64,000 bases of DNA from Minisyncoccota bacterium. GTDB lineage: Bacteria; Patescibacteriota; Minisyncoccia; Phycocordibacterales; PALSA-1337. Position numbers and translations under genes: made by a program. This document shows, piece by piece, positions 36,736 to 45,752 of this stretch. Below the pieces are notes generated by a model, which saw nothing but the letters and a program-made list of their open reading frames with translations, ran no database searches and was not told the DNA's origin. Position 1 is the stretch's first letter. Every line of letters starts with the position of its first letter. The DNA is taken from contig JBAYIX010000002.1 in assembly GCA_041665385.1 (NCBI GenBank), forward strand, positions 50,932-114,931. The letters run 5' to 3'.

Positions 36736-38881
36736 CCGGCCACTTTTCCACAATGAGTAGTCTTTTGCCTGGAATAAGCATACATGACCATATCTCTTCC
36801 GTCACAAAAGGAATAAATGGGTGCAAAGCTTTCAAAAGTTTAGCTAAAATAAGCAATAAGAGTTGTTTCTTGGAATTTTTCTCATCTTCAGTACCCTCTT
36901 TCAGAGTTTTCTTGCTCTCTTCTAGGATCACATCGGCAAATCGGTGCCAGGCATAATGATACAGTTTCTCTCCTGCCATATAAAAGCGAAAATTTTCCAT
37001 ATCCGTAGTCACATCGGTAAGGAGACGGCTCAATTCTTCTTCGAGCTTGCGGTCATCTGCTGTCCAGCTGTCGAAATCCTCCACAAAAGCCGTATTTTCT
37101 GTTTCGGTAAAGACAAATCGGGAAATATTCCATAGCTTGTTCACAAACTTTTTATAAGCGGTAATCTTGTCTTCGGAAAGAGCGAGTGATGTGCCCGGAG
37201 TATTGCCGACCACGAGACCCATGCGGAAAGCGTCGGTTCCGAACTTGGCGGTGAGATCCAGAGGATTGATGACATTACCCTTACTCTTGCTCATCTTTTG
37301 CCCCTTGCCATCGAGGACGAGTCCGTGGAGGTAAACAGTCGCAAATGGCACCTCGCCTGTGACATACAAACCGAGCATTATCATACGTGACACCCAGAAA
37401 AAGATGATCTCGCCCGCCGTTTCCATGACATCAGTGGAATAATAATTCTTGAAATCTGGACTATCCGGAAAACCAAGTGAAGCAAAAGGCCATTGAGACG
37501 AAGAAAACCAGGTATCGAATGTATCGTTATCTTTCCTGACTTCCCCGCCGCACTTTGCACATTTTGTGATCTTGTTGTCCAGATCTACGTAACCTTCGCC
37601 GCATTTTTCGCAGATCTTGGCGGGAATGGGTATGCCCCACACGATCTGACGAGAAATATTCCAGTCCATAATGTTTCCCAACCAATGTTCAGTGATCTTC
37701 TCATAATGTTCGGGTATGTATACAACCTCCTTATTTTTTATTTTCTCCAATGCCTTCTCAGCCAAAGGTTTCATCTTTACGAACCACTGACTCTTCACCT
37801 GCGGTTCTATGGTCGTACCACATTTGTAGCAAGTACGGACCACATGTTTGTAGTTTTCATCTATTTTTTCTACGAGTCCCTTTACTCGAAGTTTCTCGAC
37901 TATGAGCGCTCGGACCTTACTGATATGCTGGCCTGCGAACTCTCCGGCAATGGGCAGGAGCTTTCCTTTTTCATCTATTATTTGTTCCTTGTCCAAACCA
38001 TGTCTCTCGGCAATGTCAAAGTCCACCGGATCGTGCCAAGGTGTGATAGTCATGACACCAGTGCCAAACTCCATATCTATGGCCTCATCTTTGATAACGG
38101 TTGCAGTTATGGGGCCATTGATCCATTCCAGGTCTATCTTTTGGCCGTCTTTGTACTGTGCATATCTCTTATCGGCAGGATGCATGACAACGTATTTGTC
38201 ACCGAACTTTGTTTCGGGACGAGAAGTACCAATGGTGAAAGGGCCGTACTTGAGATAGTAGAATTTTTCAGTGCGTTCCTCGTCCTTTATTTCCAGATCA
38301 GAAAATGAAGTCTGATGCTTGGGGCACCAGCTGACTATACGCTTTCCCCTGTATAGGAGACCGTCGGCGGAGAGTTTTGCAAATGTATTGTAAACAGTCC
38401 GCACAATAGCGGGATCGAGAGTGAACTTTTCCCGGGACCAATCACAGGAAGCACCCATCTTCCTCACTTGAGACTTGATATTTGCAGAATTTGTAAGAGT
38501 AAAGTCCAGAATTTCCTTGTAAAGGTCAGCAGGCGGTATTTCGAAACGTGTGCGACCTTCTTTTTCCAGTTTCTTTTCGTATACGACTTGTGTTTCAAAG
38601 CCAGCGTGGTCGAGACCGGGTAACCAGAGTGTCCTCTTGCCACGCATACGCTGGTAGCGGGTGATGATATCTTCGATAGTCATGACGAGACCGTGGCCGG
38701 CATGGAGAGAGCCGTTGGCATTGGTGGGAGGCATGAGCATACAAAATGTCTCTGCATCGGGAGCAGTGACGCCCACCTTCACACACTGGTCCGGGTCAAA
38801 AAAACCACTCTTTTCCCAGAGCGAGTAGATCTTGTCCTCGGTAGACGCGGGATCGTAGGGTTTCAGGAATTTTCCATCCAT
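36728..38881 (-). CDS. valS: Valyl-tRNA synthetase (short form)
   Basis: HAGH (HIGH) and KMSKS motifs, a ValRS-like editing domain and a zinc-knuckle CxxC pair. 717 aa. Confidence 0.8.
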   Translation of the reverse strand: MDGKFLKPYDPASTEDKIYSLWEKSGFFDPDQCVKVGVTAPDAETFCMLMPPTNANGSLHAGHGLVMTIEDIITRYQRMRGKRTLWLPGLDHAGFETQVVYEKKLEKEGRTRFEIPPADLYKEILDFTLTNSANIKSQVRKMGASCDWSREKFTLDPAIVRTVYNTFAKLSADGLLYRGKRIVSWCPKHQTSFSDLEIKDEERTEKFYYLKYGPFTIGTSRPETKFGDKYVVMHPADKRYAQYKDGQKIDLEWINGPITATVIKDEAIDMEFGTGVMTITPWHDPVDFDIAERHGLDKEQIIDEKGKLLPIAGEFAGQHISKVRALIVEKLRVKGLVEKIDENYKHVVRTCYKCGTTIEPQVKSQWFVKMKPLAEKALEKIKNKEVVYIPEHYEKITEHWLGNIMDWNISRQIVWGIPIPAKICEKCGEGYVDLDNKITKCAKCGGEVRKDNDTFDTWFSSSQWPFASLGFPDSPDFKNYYSTDVMETAGEIIFFWVSRMIMLGLYVTGEVPFATVYLHGLVLDGKGQKMSKSKGNVINPLDLTAKFGTDAFRMGLVVGNTPGTSLALSEDKITAYKKFVNKLWNISRFVFTETENTAFVEDFDSWTADDRKLEEELSRLLTDVTTDMENFRFYMAGEKLYHYAWHRFADVILEESKKTLKEGTEDEKNSKKQLLLLILAKLLKALHPFIPFVTEEIWSCMLIPGKRLLIVEKWPGK

Positions 38882-38908
38882 GATTTGTTATATTAACAAA
38901 AAAGAGAC

Positions 38909-39022
38909 AAAGAGCCCAGCACACAATCATAATTTTCATAAAAGTGTAAGAAGTTGTGCAGGGTCAACGTTCGAGGTAGCTCTACACTTTTATGAAAATT
39001 ATGATTGTGTGCTGGGCTCTTT
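38909..39022. repeat. Giant-hairpin element E: perfect 40-bp inverted repeat around a 34-nt core AGAAGTTGTGCAGGGTCAACGTTCGAGGTAGCTC
   Basis: Arms are 38909-38948 and 38983-39022, exact reverse complements. The loop shares AGTTGTGCAGGGTC with A/B. Confidence 0.85.
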
Positions 39023-39036
39023 CAATCAAATTTTGC

Positions 39037-39375
39037 TTACCAATAGTAATTGTATGAGTACGAATATGCGGGATATACCGGATAATAAGAGTAAACAGGG
39101 TATGAGTAGACTATAGGAGCACTGTAATAGTAAGTAGGATAGACGGGCTGATAGCTGTACGCACAGCAAGGATTGTAATAATTATCGTTGTGATGATTGT
39201 ATCCACCATAATTCCCTCCCCCATGTCCCCAACCATAATTGTTTTGATAGTTGTTCTGATTGTGATTGTAGTTGCTGTACTGGGCATTTGTAGTAACGGG
39301 CATAGCAAACAACATGAAAATACCGAAGATTGCTGGAATCATAAACCCTGCAAGTTTTTTGTGATTTTTTGTCAT
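39037..39375 (-). CDS. Secreted Tyr/Asn/Gly-rich low-complexity protein
   Basis: Signal peptide, then YSYPVYSYYPVYPAYSYSYNYYW-type composition. Confidence 0.5.
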   Translation of the reverse strand: MTKNHKKLAGFMIPAIFGIFMLFAMPVTTNAQYSNYNHNQNNYQNNYGWGHGGGNYGGYNHHNDNYYNPCCAYSYQPVYPTYYYSAPIVYSYPVYSYYPVYPAYSYSYNYYW

Positions 39376-39540
39376 GATTATGATGTATTGGCTGATAACG
39401 AATGAGCTCCTGACTTATTACTTATCATACACTTTATGACGGCAGGGGCAAGGATTTATGACGTCATAAATAAATCACAATAAAAAGCCGCTCTGCATAA
39501 CACAGAACGGCATAAACCTTCCTCAACCCACACAACAGTG

Positions 39541-39843
39541 TCACATCCAAGCATGATACGGAATGGCGCATTCTGTGCCCCGTCTGGCTCGGCGCAATTC
39601 CATAGCTCTCCCGCAACCGTCGATCTTTCGACGCAGAAGGTCCGGGTGGGCGTTATAGAACTCGATATTCCTCTGCTTCCTTTCGGCGCAAGCGGAGCGA
39701 TAATCTCTCACTCTCATCCACTCCTCACCTGTAAAGATGAGTTCCTCTGCGACGCCTGACTCTGACTTTCTCCACCCCGCAATGCCTTTCTTTGGGACGG
39801 TGATTTGTCGAGTCATTTCTTTGTTCGCGAATATGGTCTCCAT
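39541..39843 (-). CDS. Hypothetical protein (100 aa)
   Basis: ORF followed by a hairpin plus U-run (39490-39516). Confidence 0.4.
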   Translation of the reverse strand: METIFANKEMTRQITVPKKGIAGWRKSESGVAEELIFTGEEWMRVRDYRSACAERKQRNIEFYNAHPDLLRRKIDGCGRAMELRRARRGTECAIPYHAWM

Positions 39844-40145
39844 ATGAGCTCCGTGTAGTGGTTTGTGTTGTATTTAGTTGTCAACGAACTAAAAACGAGC
39901 CTTGTTTTTCCAAGACTCGCTTTTGTTATGTATCTTATTTATTCGCTATATCGTAGAGATTACATCACAAAAGTCAGCCTTGGAATGGGTCTTTCGGACC
40001 CACAGCTTTGCAATAAAGACTGAATAATGTGTCGTAAAATTCATGCGAGAATTGTAACACAGGCAAAATGCAAAGAAAACCCCGAGAAAAAACTCGGGGT
40101 CTGTAACTATCTACATATCCAAGCGGTCTGCCCGCATTGGCTGTA

Positions 40146-40823
40146 TCACTTTTTCACAAGTACTGTCCGGAGTTTGGAACTTCCGACATATCTTTCGAGT
40201 TCGTTATGGTACACGACACCAAACACCGTAGCGGCATCCCACGTTTTGGTGAAATCATATTCCGTCGTTCGCAATATCCCCGCCTGGTCTCCAGCCGCCA
40301 AACTCTCATCTGAATGCAGAGCATGTGTAACGCGAAGAGAGCCTCTCTTGTCAGCTATCTCTGTCGCCAAGCGAACGAGGTTTTGTTTCACCCAGACAGC
40401 CGTGATCTGTTCTGGTATTTCGGCACGATTTGGACACACCGCCCAAACAGCATTTTTGAATTCCTGCAGGAGTGCACCATTCCTCAGAACCAATTCTCTG
40501 GCGGTAGTGCAGCGCTTGGATAAGCCGACTACGAATGTCCAGTCCAAGAGAACAGAAATGACAAGTACCAGAATTGCCAAGAGAAGATCGCTGTACCGGG
40601 CTACACCACAAGTGACAACGACTTCGATCACGATCACCCAAATAAAGATGAAGAAGTGGTTCCCACTGAGTAGGTGTTCCGCTTCCTTGTATTCTTCGTT
40701 GAGGTCGTGGAGACCGCGCAGCTTCGGCAGTCTATTTTTCTCGTATGCCGCGATGAGCTCAGGTGAAAGCATAGCGAGCTCGGTATCTATGTTGCAGATT
40801 CCCTGACTTGTGTCCGCATTCAT
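40146..40823 (-). CDS. Hypothetical membrane protein (2 central TM segments)
   Basis: ORF with a terminator (40078-40104) just downstream. Confidence 0.5.
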   Translation of the reverse strand: MNADTSQGICNIDTELAMLSPELIAAYEKNRLPKLRGLHDLNEEYKEAEHLLSGNHFFIFIWVIVIEVVVTCGVARYSDLLLAILVLVISVLLDWTFVVGLSKRCTTARELVLRNGALLQEFKNAVWAVCPNRAEIPEQITAVWVKQNLVRLATEIADKRGSLRVTHALHSDESLAAGDQAGILRTTEYDFTKTWDAATVFGVVYHNELERYVGSSKLRTVLVKK

Positions 40824-40928
40824 TTATTCCTTTCTCCTTTGCCAATAAGGTCGGGTTGTTGGTTTATGGTTTTTTCAAAGCCTTACTAATATAATCATTA
40901 TCTGAGGAGGGAGTCAAATATGCCTAAC

Positions 40929-41080
40929 GGAGCTTGATGAATTGTTTTTATAGCGTGTTCGCAAAATCGCCCACTCCAAATTACTGCCGTATTTGCTTCC
41001 AAGGATTCAGCAAATACGGGCAATTTGTCGGGACTCGAATCACATTGCGAACACGCTATAAAAACAATTCACCAAGCTCC
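40929..41080. repeat. Giant-hairpin element F: 36-bp inverted repeat (1 mismatch) around an 80-nt structured core that differs from A-E
   Basis: Arms are 40929-40964 and 41045-41080. The core has its own hairpin CCGTATTTGC..GCAAATACGG. Confidence 0.75.
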
Positions 41081-41108
41081 TAACGATGATATTGTCAACA
41101 TTATGTAA

Positions 41109-41621
41109 TTATTTCTTACCCAAACTCTGCTCCACGATTTTCTTATATTCCTCAAAACTTTCCATGTCAAATTCCGCACGCCTTTTTTCTAATTCCTCTG
41201 GTTTCTCAATATCAATAAATTTTAGAACACCGTCTTTATCAATATTGTATTGCGTTCCAAACAGTTGAGGTAACCTTTGAATTATTCTCGATTTATCAAT
41301 CATATAAGCAATGTCTCTTTTTTGTATTGAAACAATATCAGCATCTTGAAGATATTTTATCGATTGATTTAAAAATTCAATATCTCCAGAATGTAACACC
41401 ACTAGCACGGCGGCTTTGTATGCCTTTTGTGAAGTTAAACTGATTGTTGGAAATCCAATTTCATTAATGATCTCATTTACAGTTTTAACATTCATCTTAT
41501 TTATTTCAGCAAGATCAGATGTGGCTATTTTCCCCACCTTAAAATCTTTTATTGCTTGTTGATCAGCTTCCAAAATTGCTTCCAGAATAAGAGTATATTT
41601 CTTAATTAAAAATGTATTCAT
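41109..41621 (-). CDS. Hypothetical protein, family A (A2). Paralogue of 24172-24687.
   Basis: Shares DQQAIKDFKVGKIATSD and GTQYNIDKDGVLKFIDIEKPEELEKRRAEF blocks with A1. A+T-rich. Confidence 0.6.
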   Translation of the reverse strand: MNTFLIKKYTLILEAILEADQQAIKDFKVGKIATSDLAEINKMNVKTVNEIINEIGFPTISLTSQKAYKAAVLVVLHSGDIEFLNQSIKYLQDADIVSIQKRDIAYMIDKSRIIQRLPQLFGTQYNIDKDGVLKFIDIEKPEELEKRRAEFDMESFEEYKKIVEQSLGKK

Positions 41622-41700
41622 AGCAATACTATACTATATACTATATCGAAAAGAAAAAAGGCACTCTTCGAAAAGGGTGCCCTGGTGCCGTGCCCGATGT

Positions 41701-41853
41701 TCAGTTGGTATCGCTGTCGCCGGAGCCCTGGATAAACGTGTCGTTTTCGCAAGCGCATCCCTGCTGAGGCGGATCCATGACTCTGACCGGGCAAGGCTCG
41801 GCGTTGAGAAACGTGATTGGCGTTTCATCTCGCCGCTGAGTTTTTGTGTTCAT
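41701..41853 (-). CDS. Candidate graspetide (ATP-grasp-modified RiPP) precursor peptide, 50 aa
   Basis: Not in the ORF track (a different frame from track ORF 41634-41828). MNTKTQRRDETPITFLNAEPCPVRVMDPPQQGCACENDTFIQGSGDSDTN lies 60 nt downstream of the ATP-grasp gene on the same strand, with a Thr/Ser + Asp/Glu-rich C-terminus. Confidence 0.45.
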   Translation of the reverse strand: MNTKTQRRDETPITFLNAEPCPVRVMDPPQQGCACENDTFIQGSGDSDTN

Positions 41854-41913
41854 AATTTGTCCATATTCTGGCTAGAACCCTAGCCTTTTGTTCAATCGCA
41901 TCCTACTACACTT

Positions 41914-42906
41914 TTAGCAAGAAAGCAAATTCGCGAGAGTCAATGATATTGGATGGCCAACCAGTTGTTCCGACGGCATCCACTGTCCTTGCGGGTTAAT
42001 CTCAAAAAACAAATAGCCGTCTTTCCTTGAAAAACCCATATCGATGCAACCGAACTTAAGTTTGAGAGAACTGACCAATTGGACACACTTACTCTCAAGA
42101 TCTTTCGGTAGATTATGCATAACGTATTTCCTTTTCGCATCATGATGTCTCCAGTCAAGGTTCGCTCCTTCTAAGTTATTCTCGATGATAATTTCAGAAG
42201 CAAACACCTTATCGCCGATAACGGTGATTCGGATATCCGAATCCTTGATTACCGCCTCTTGCAGGATAAATGGGCAGTTGGATACCTGCCCGATATGCTC
42301 CAACAGAAGCGGGATATCAACAATTTTCGTGTAGATCGCCTTGTTCTTCCGTGATTTATCATCAGGATCATTCGTCAATCGGACATAACTACTGCCGACC
42401 GCTTTCATAATGAGTGGAGCACCGGAATGCTTAACTACAAAGGCTTTAACCTTTTCAGGATCATTACTGATGCAGGTTTCCGGCACTTTGAATCCGATTT
42501 GCTTCGCCAGGGCAAGTTGAAGTGGCTTACGATTAGCGATCCTCGTCGCTTCAGGTTCTGAGACCCACAACACGTCCTTGAGAAATGCGAGTAAACAGCT
42601 AAGGGCTATCTCACTCTCATTTTGAATGTATTTCTGGAGCAATGTCTTCCTAGTGTTTTTCACTGGACCTTGCGGCCGTCTCCACCAAATACTCTTTATG
42701 GAATCCTCATCAAGCCGAAAGCCGTCTGACAAGGCCAATGAGGCACTGACTATTTTTTCAAATAGTATAGTGCCCGACATCGTCGTTGGAAATTCACCAA
42801 AGTTGATTAGGTGAGCCGTTTGTCCGATTTCCGCAAGCCTTTTCATCAAAAAAAGCGCGGACTGGTCTTTTTCATGTGAGGCAATGATTACAGTTTTTGT
42901 TTTCAT
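41914..42906 (-). CDS. ATP-grasp ribosomal peptide maturase (MvdD/MdnC-like graspetide ligase)
   Basis: 330 aa. N-terminal pre-ATP-grasp domain (KTVIIASHEKD..), WWRRPQ, RITVIGDKVFA, DWRHHD and FFEINPQGQW blocks typical of microviridin-type ATP-grasp ligases. Confidence 0.65.
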   Translation of the reverse strand: MKTKTVIIASHEKDQSALFLMKRLAEIGQTAHLINFGEFPTTMSGTILFEKIVSASLALSDGFRLDEDSIKSIWWRRPQGPVKNTRKTLLQKYIQNESEIALSCLLAFLKDVLWVSEPEATRIANRKPLQLALAKQIGFKVPETCISNDPEKVKAFVVKHSGAPLIMKAVGSSYVRLTNDPDDKSRKNKAIYTKIVDIPLLLEHIGQVSNCPFILQEAVIKDSDIRITVIGDKVFASEIIIENNLEGANLDWRHHDAKRKYVMHNLPKDLESKCVQLVSSLKLKFGCIDMGFSRKDGYLFFEINPQGQWMPSEQLVGHPISLTLANLLSC

Positions 42907-43150
42907 AGTTCATCTGTTTTAGACAATACGATATATTAGGACTTTTGTAAATAGTAGTCGTATAGGTTCAACGGCTTCGCACCACTCTGGTGAAGTATTA
43001 TCAAAGTCATGCAATACACATCAAACAAACACATGCCAAGAATTAGAAGGAACGTAGCTCGTCTGTACTTCATAGAATGGAATGCATGAATGGTTGGTCG
43101 GCACTTCGGATTTCATCACACTTCTGTAATGAAATGAATGACAGAAGCAA

Positions 43151-43178
43151 GAAAAATGCCCCACATGGAGATGTGGGG
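43151..43178 (-). terminator. Intrinsic terminator after the 43212-43604 gene
   Basis: CCCCACAT..ATGTGGGG stem with a U5 run on the minus strand. Confidence 0.55.
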
Positions 43179-43211
43179 TCATTGTATGTTTCCAAGGAAC
43201 CTTTTGCATTC

Positions 43212-43604
43212 TTACACATCGTGCAAGAGCCAGTCAGGCATCCCTTTGATAACCTTTTTACTCAGGGCATTTCCGTTTTTGGGAAAAAGCACGATAAGTA
43301 TGTTTCGGATCCGACACCGCAAAGTGAGGCGGTCGTCCCCACCATCAGAACTGGGACCGATATTGTTGGCCGTGTAGGTCGAGCCGTCTACAAAGAATTG
43401 GTCTAGATCGACCCACTTCCATCCAGTAGGTTTGGACGGATACCCTTCCCCTATAGCGCACCAAGAGAAAACAAAAAGGAGACCTTCCGGATTGCGTTCT
43501 ATTCTTTCGACTTCCGCTTTGTAAATGACGTTTTCTGCAGGCATCTGTATCTCCAGTTGCCCGCCGATGAATGACATGATCGTCTCGACAGTGATGCTAT
43601 GCAT
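43212..43604 (-). CDS. Hypothetical protein (130 aa)
   Basis: ORF with a downstream terminator. Confidence 0.45.
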   Translation of the reverse strand: MHSITVETIMSFIGGQLEIQMPAENVIYKAEVERIERNPEGLLFVFSWCAIGEGYPSKPTGWKWVDLDQFFVDGSTYTANNIGPSSDGGDDRLTLRCRIRNILIVLFPKNGNALSKKVIKGMPDWLLHDV

Positions 43605-43715
43605 AGGTAACTTTTGAGGTTCAGGTTCTTGAATATTATAACGTGTTTTGATATTTCTGTCAATTTGTTCACATCATGCTTCAGAGTTTTAAAATTTACC
43701 GAACAAGGAATAAAA

Positions 43716-44017
43716 AACCGACCAAAGCACTTGCCTGGTCGGGTGAATACGAGAAGTTACATCTACCTTGCAAACTCCCGGGGGAGTTGTTTGAGCCGAT
43801 TCACGTGTTATCGGAGTTAGCATTGGTCACCATGTTCAAAACATGACTCCCAATGATGCAACACAAGCTTCGGTCAGACTACCTTTAGTCAGTTTTGGAA
43901 ACTCTTCCACCTTAGCTGTATGTCTGGGCTAGACTCATTGCCGAGCAATGGGTTGACCACTTGGCTGTGCTTCACTTGGCTTCCCTCTAATCGCTGTCAG
44001 GCGATATTCAATGAACA
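43716..44017 (-). ncRNA. Candidate non-coding RNA (~300 nt) with promoter and intrinsic terminator. No ORF longer than 12 codons.
   Basis: Minus-strand TTGCAA-N17-TATTCT at about 44020-44050. Terminator CCGACCAGGCAAGTGCTTTGGTCGG plus U6 at 43716-43745. Internal hairpin CAAACTCCCGGGGGAGTTTG. Confidence 0.3.
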
Positions 44018-44121
44018 AACTCGCATTCGTAACTAGAATATAAAATTTTTAAATAAATTGCAAGGAATTGACAGCGCGACCAATAATCCGTACCATTATT
44101 TCAGACAAACCTCAAAATACC

Positions 44122-44882
44122 ATATGAAAAAGGATACTAGCCGGGATATCAATTTGCAGTTATATTTTTCGGAACAGCGCAGTCTCGAGATCAATATCGA
44201 GCAAGTATCGGCAAACCTCAAGAAAGCAATCGATGAGCTTGCAAGTCTAAAACACACAAGGGCCGAGGAAGTTCGCGGTCTGCTCAAAGCCGGCAGAACC
44301 ACCAGCGACGCTCTCTCGGATGAAGCTGTCCAAAGATACGGTATCGATAGACAAGTCATCGAATCCATCAGGCACTTCAATTCCAAACTCATGACAAACA
44401 AGGACCAAAAGCTCCTTGTCGTGGTGGAGTATCAGTACTGCTGGAAACATGTTATGTTCTCCAGGGAAAATGACGATAACCAATATCGAACAGCACGCGG
44501 TTATGTGTGCGGCATCCTCACCGGCGAGCGACTGGAACTACCACCTGACGGTTCAGTTATCTTACCCTTCTCGCGTCATGTTATCAGAGGACTTCCGGAA
44601 AATGAAAACAGAGATGTAAGTCTAGGCAGGCTAACTGTGACCAACTTCTTCTCGAACAAATTTAACCCGGACACGATCCTTTCAGGAATAATCCAAAGTG
44701 TTGATCACATACCCTCCCTTCTCAATTCTCCTCACTCCGAACGTCAAACAACAATACTCATTGGGGAAGAGATAACGGACGAGTCGATTTATCAAACAGG
44801 TCTCTTGGCACACGTCAAAAACCTAGACAAGATTCTCTCAACCCCTACGCCAGAAGAAAAGATTGCTGGCGAAAGTATCTGA
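44122..44882 (+). CDS. Hypothetical protein
   Basis: Track ORF 44058-44882. The start was moved to MKKDTSRD (44122) because a TTGACA-N17-TACCAT promoter lies at 44069-44097, inside the longer ORF. Confidence 0.45.
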
Positions 44883-44995
44883 GAAAGATTTTGAGATACT
44901 CTTGCGCGAGCCGCCTATGATAAGGCGGCTTTTTTGAAAACAAATTTATGATTATTTACAGACATAAAATCAAATGCTAGTCTTGGGTCAGATTT

Positions 44996-45511
44996 ATGAA
45001 CACTAACATATTGCACTTTCCCGTGGCTTCCGCAGATCCATTAATCGAGCGAGTGATCTTCTATAAACTTGAGAAAATGGGAATCGATCGTATTCCAGAA
45101 TTTCTCTCAACATGGTGTCGCTTCATCTGCGTAAGACCATTATTTTTCCAGGGATGTCTCACAACCCTATCGGAACTTGACCTATTTCACCCTACCGGAG
45201 TTTTTGGTATATATGTTTGGGACGGTCTTGATGATCCCGTCGAAAGACAGATCCATGAGACAGCTAATACTCTTTACCATGAACTGATCCATATAATGTT
45301 AATGGTCATTGGATATCCGGTCCACAATGAAGATAAGATCAGCAAGTGTGCAGAATCACTTGCCACAAGACAACCTCAGATACTTGAGATAGCGGAAAAT
45401 CTGTACCCAGGGTTTTTGGCTCCATACCGGAAGTTCGGACGTTTCTATCATCGGGATTTGGCACCTCAATTTATCAATAAAGTGCCATATAATTACATTC
45501 CGACAAACTGA
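44996..45511 (+). CDS. Hypothetical protein with HExxH motif (putative zincin-like)
   Basis: YHELIHIML. A terminator follows at 45523-45546. Confidence 0.4.
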   Translation: MNTNILHFPVASADPLIERVIFYKLEKMGIDRIPEFLSTWCRFICVRPLFFQGCLTTLSELDLFHPTGVFGIYVWDGLDDPVERQIHETANTLYHELIHIMLMVIGYPVHNEDKISKCAESLATRQPQILEIAENLYPGFLAPYRKFGRFYHRDLAPQFINKVPYNYIPTN

Positions 45512-45597
45512 TAATTTCACGGGGCTGGTCCATCCAGCCTTTTTTGATACACAAAATCATTTTAAAAAAGAAACAATCGATATCAATAAAATTATGG

Positions 45598-45616
45598 TGA
45601 CCATACGGGGAGTCGG
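45598..45616. repeat. Partial duplicate (17/19 nt) of the 3' end of tRNA-Glu. Possible att-type scar.
   Basis: TGACCATACGGGGAGTCGG here versus TGACCCTACGGGGAGTCGA at 45753-45771. Confidence 0.5.
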
Positions 45617-45715
45617 TCACGCGTCCTCGCCTACTGGCTCGGCGCTCGACCCCGCCTCGCTCGCCTTCGCTCGCTCCGGCTTTCGACTCTCTCCCCCGGA
45701 GATCACACACGACAC

Positions 45716-45745
45716 AAAAAGTCCCAGGATAACCTGGGACTTTTT
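45716..45745. terminator. Bidirectional intrinsic terminator next to the tRNA-Glu 3' end
   Basis: AAAAA-GTCCCAGG-ATAA-CCTGGGAC-TTTTT. Confidence 0.65.
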
Positions 45746-45752
45746 GGTCGTG

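Noticed and set aside
40027-40806. 259-aa plus-strand ORF
   Set aside because: Fully overlaps the better-supported minus-strand membrane protein gene (40146-40823), which has a terminator. Low-complexity, biased translation of an antisense strand.
44058-44121. Upstream start (44058) for the 274-aa hypothetical protein
   Set aside because: A good TTGACA-N17-TACCAT promoter lies inside this extension (44069-44097), so the downstream MKKDTSRD start at 44122 is more likely.
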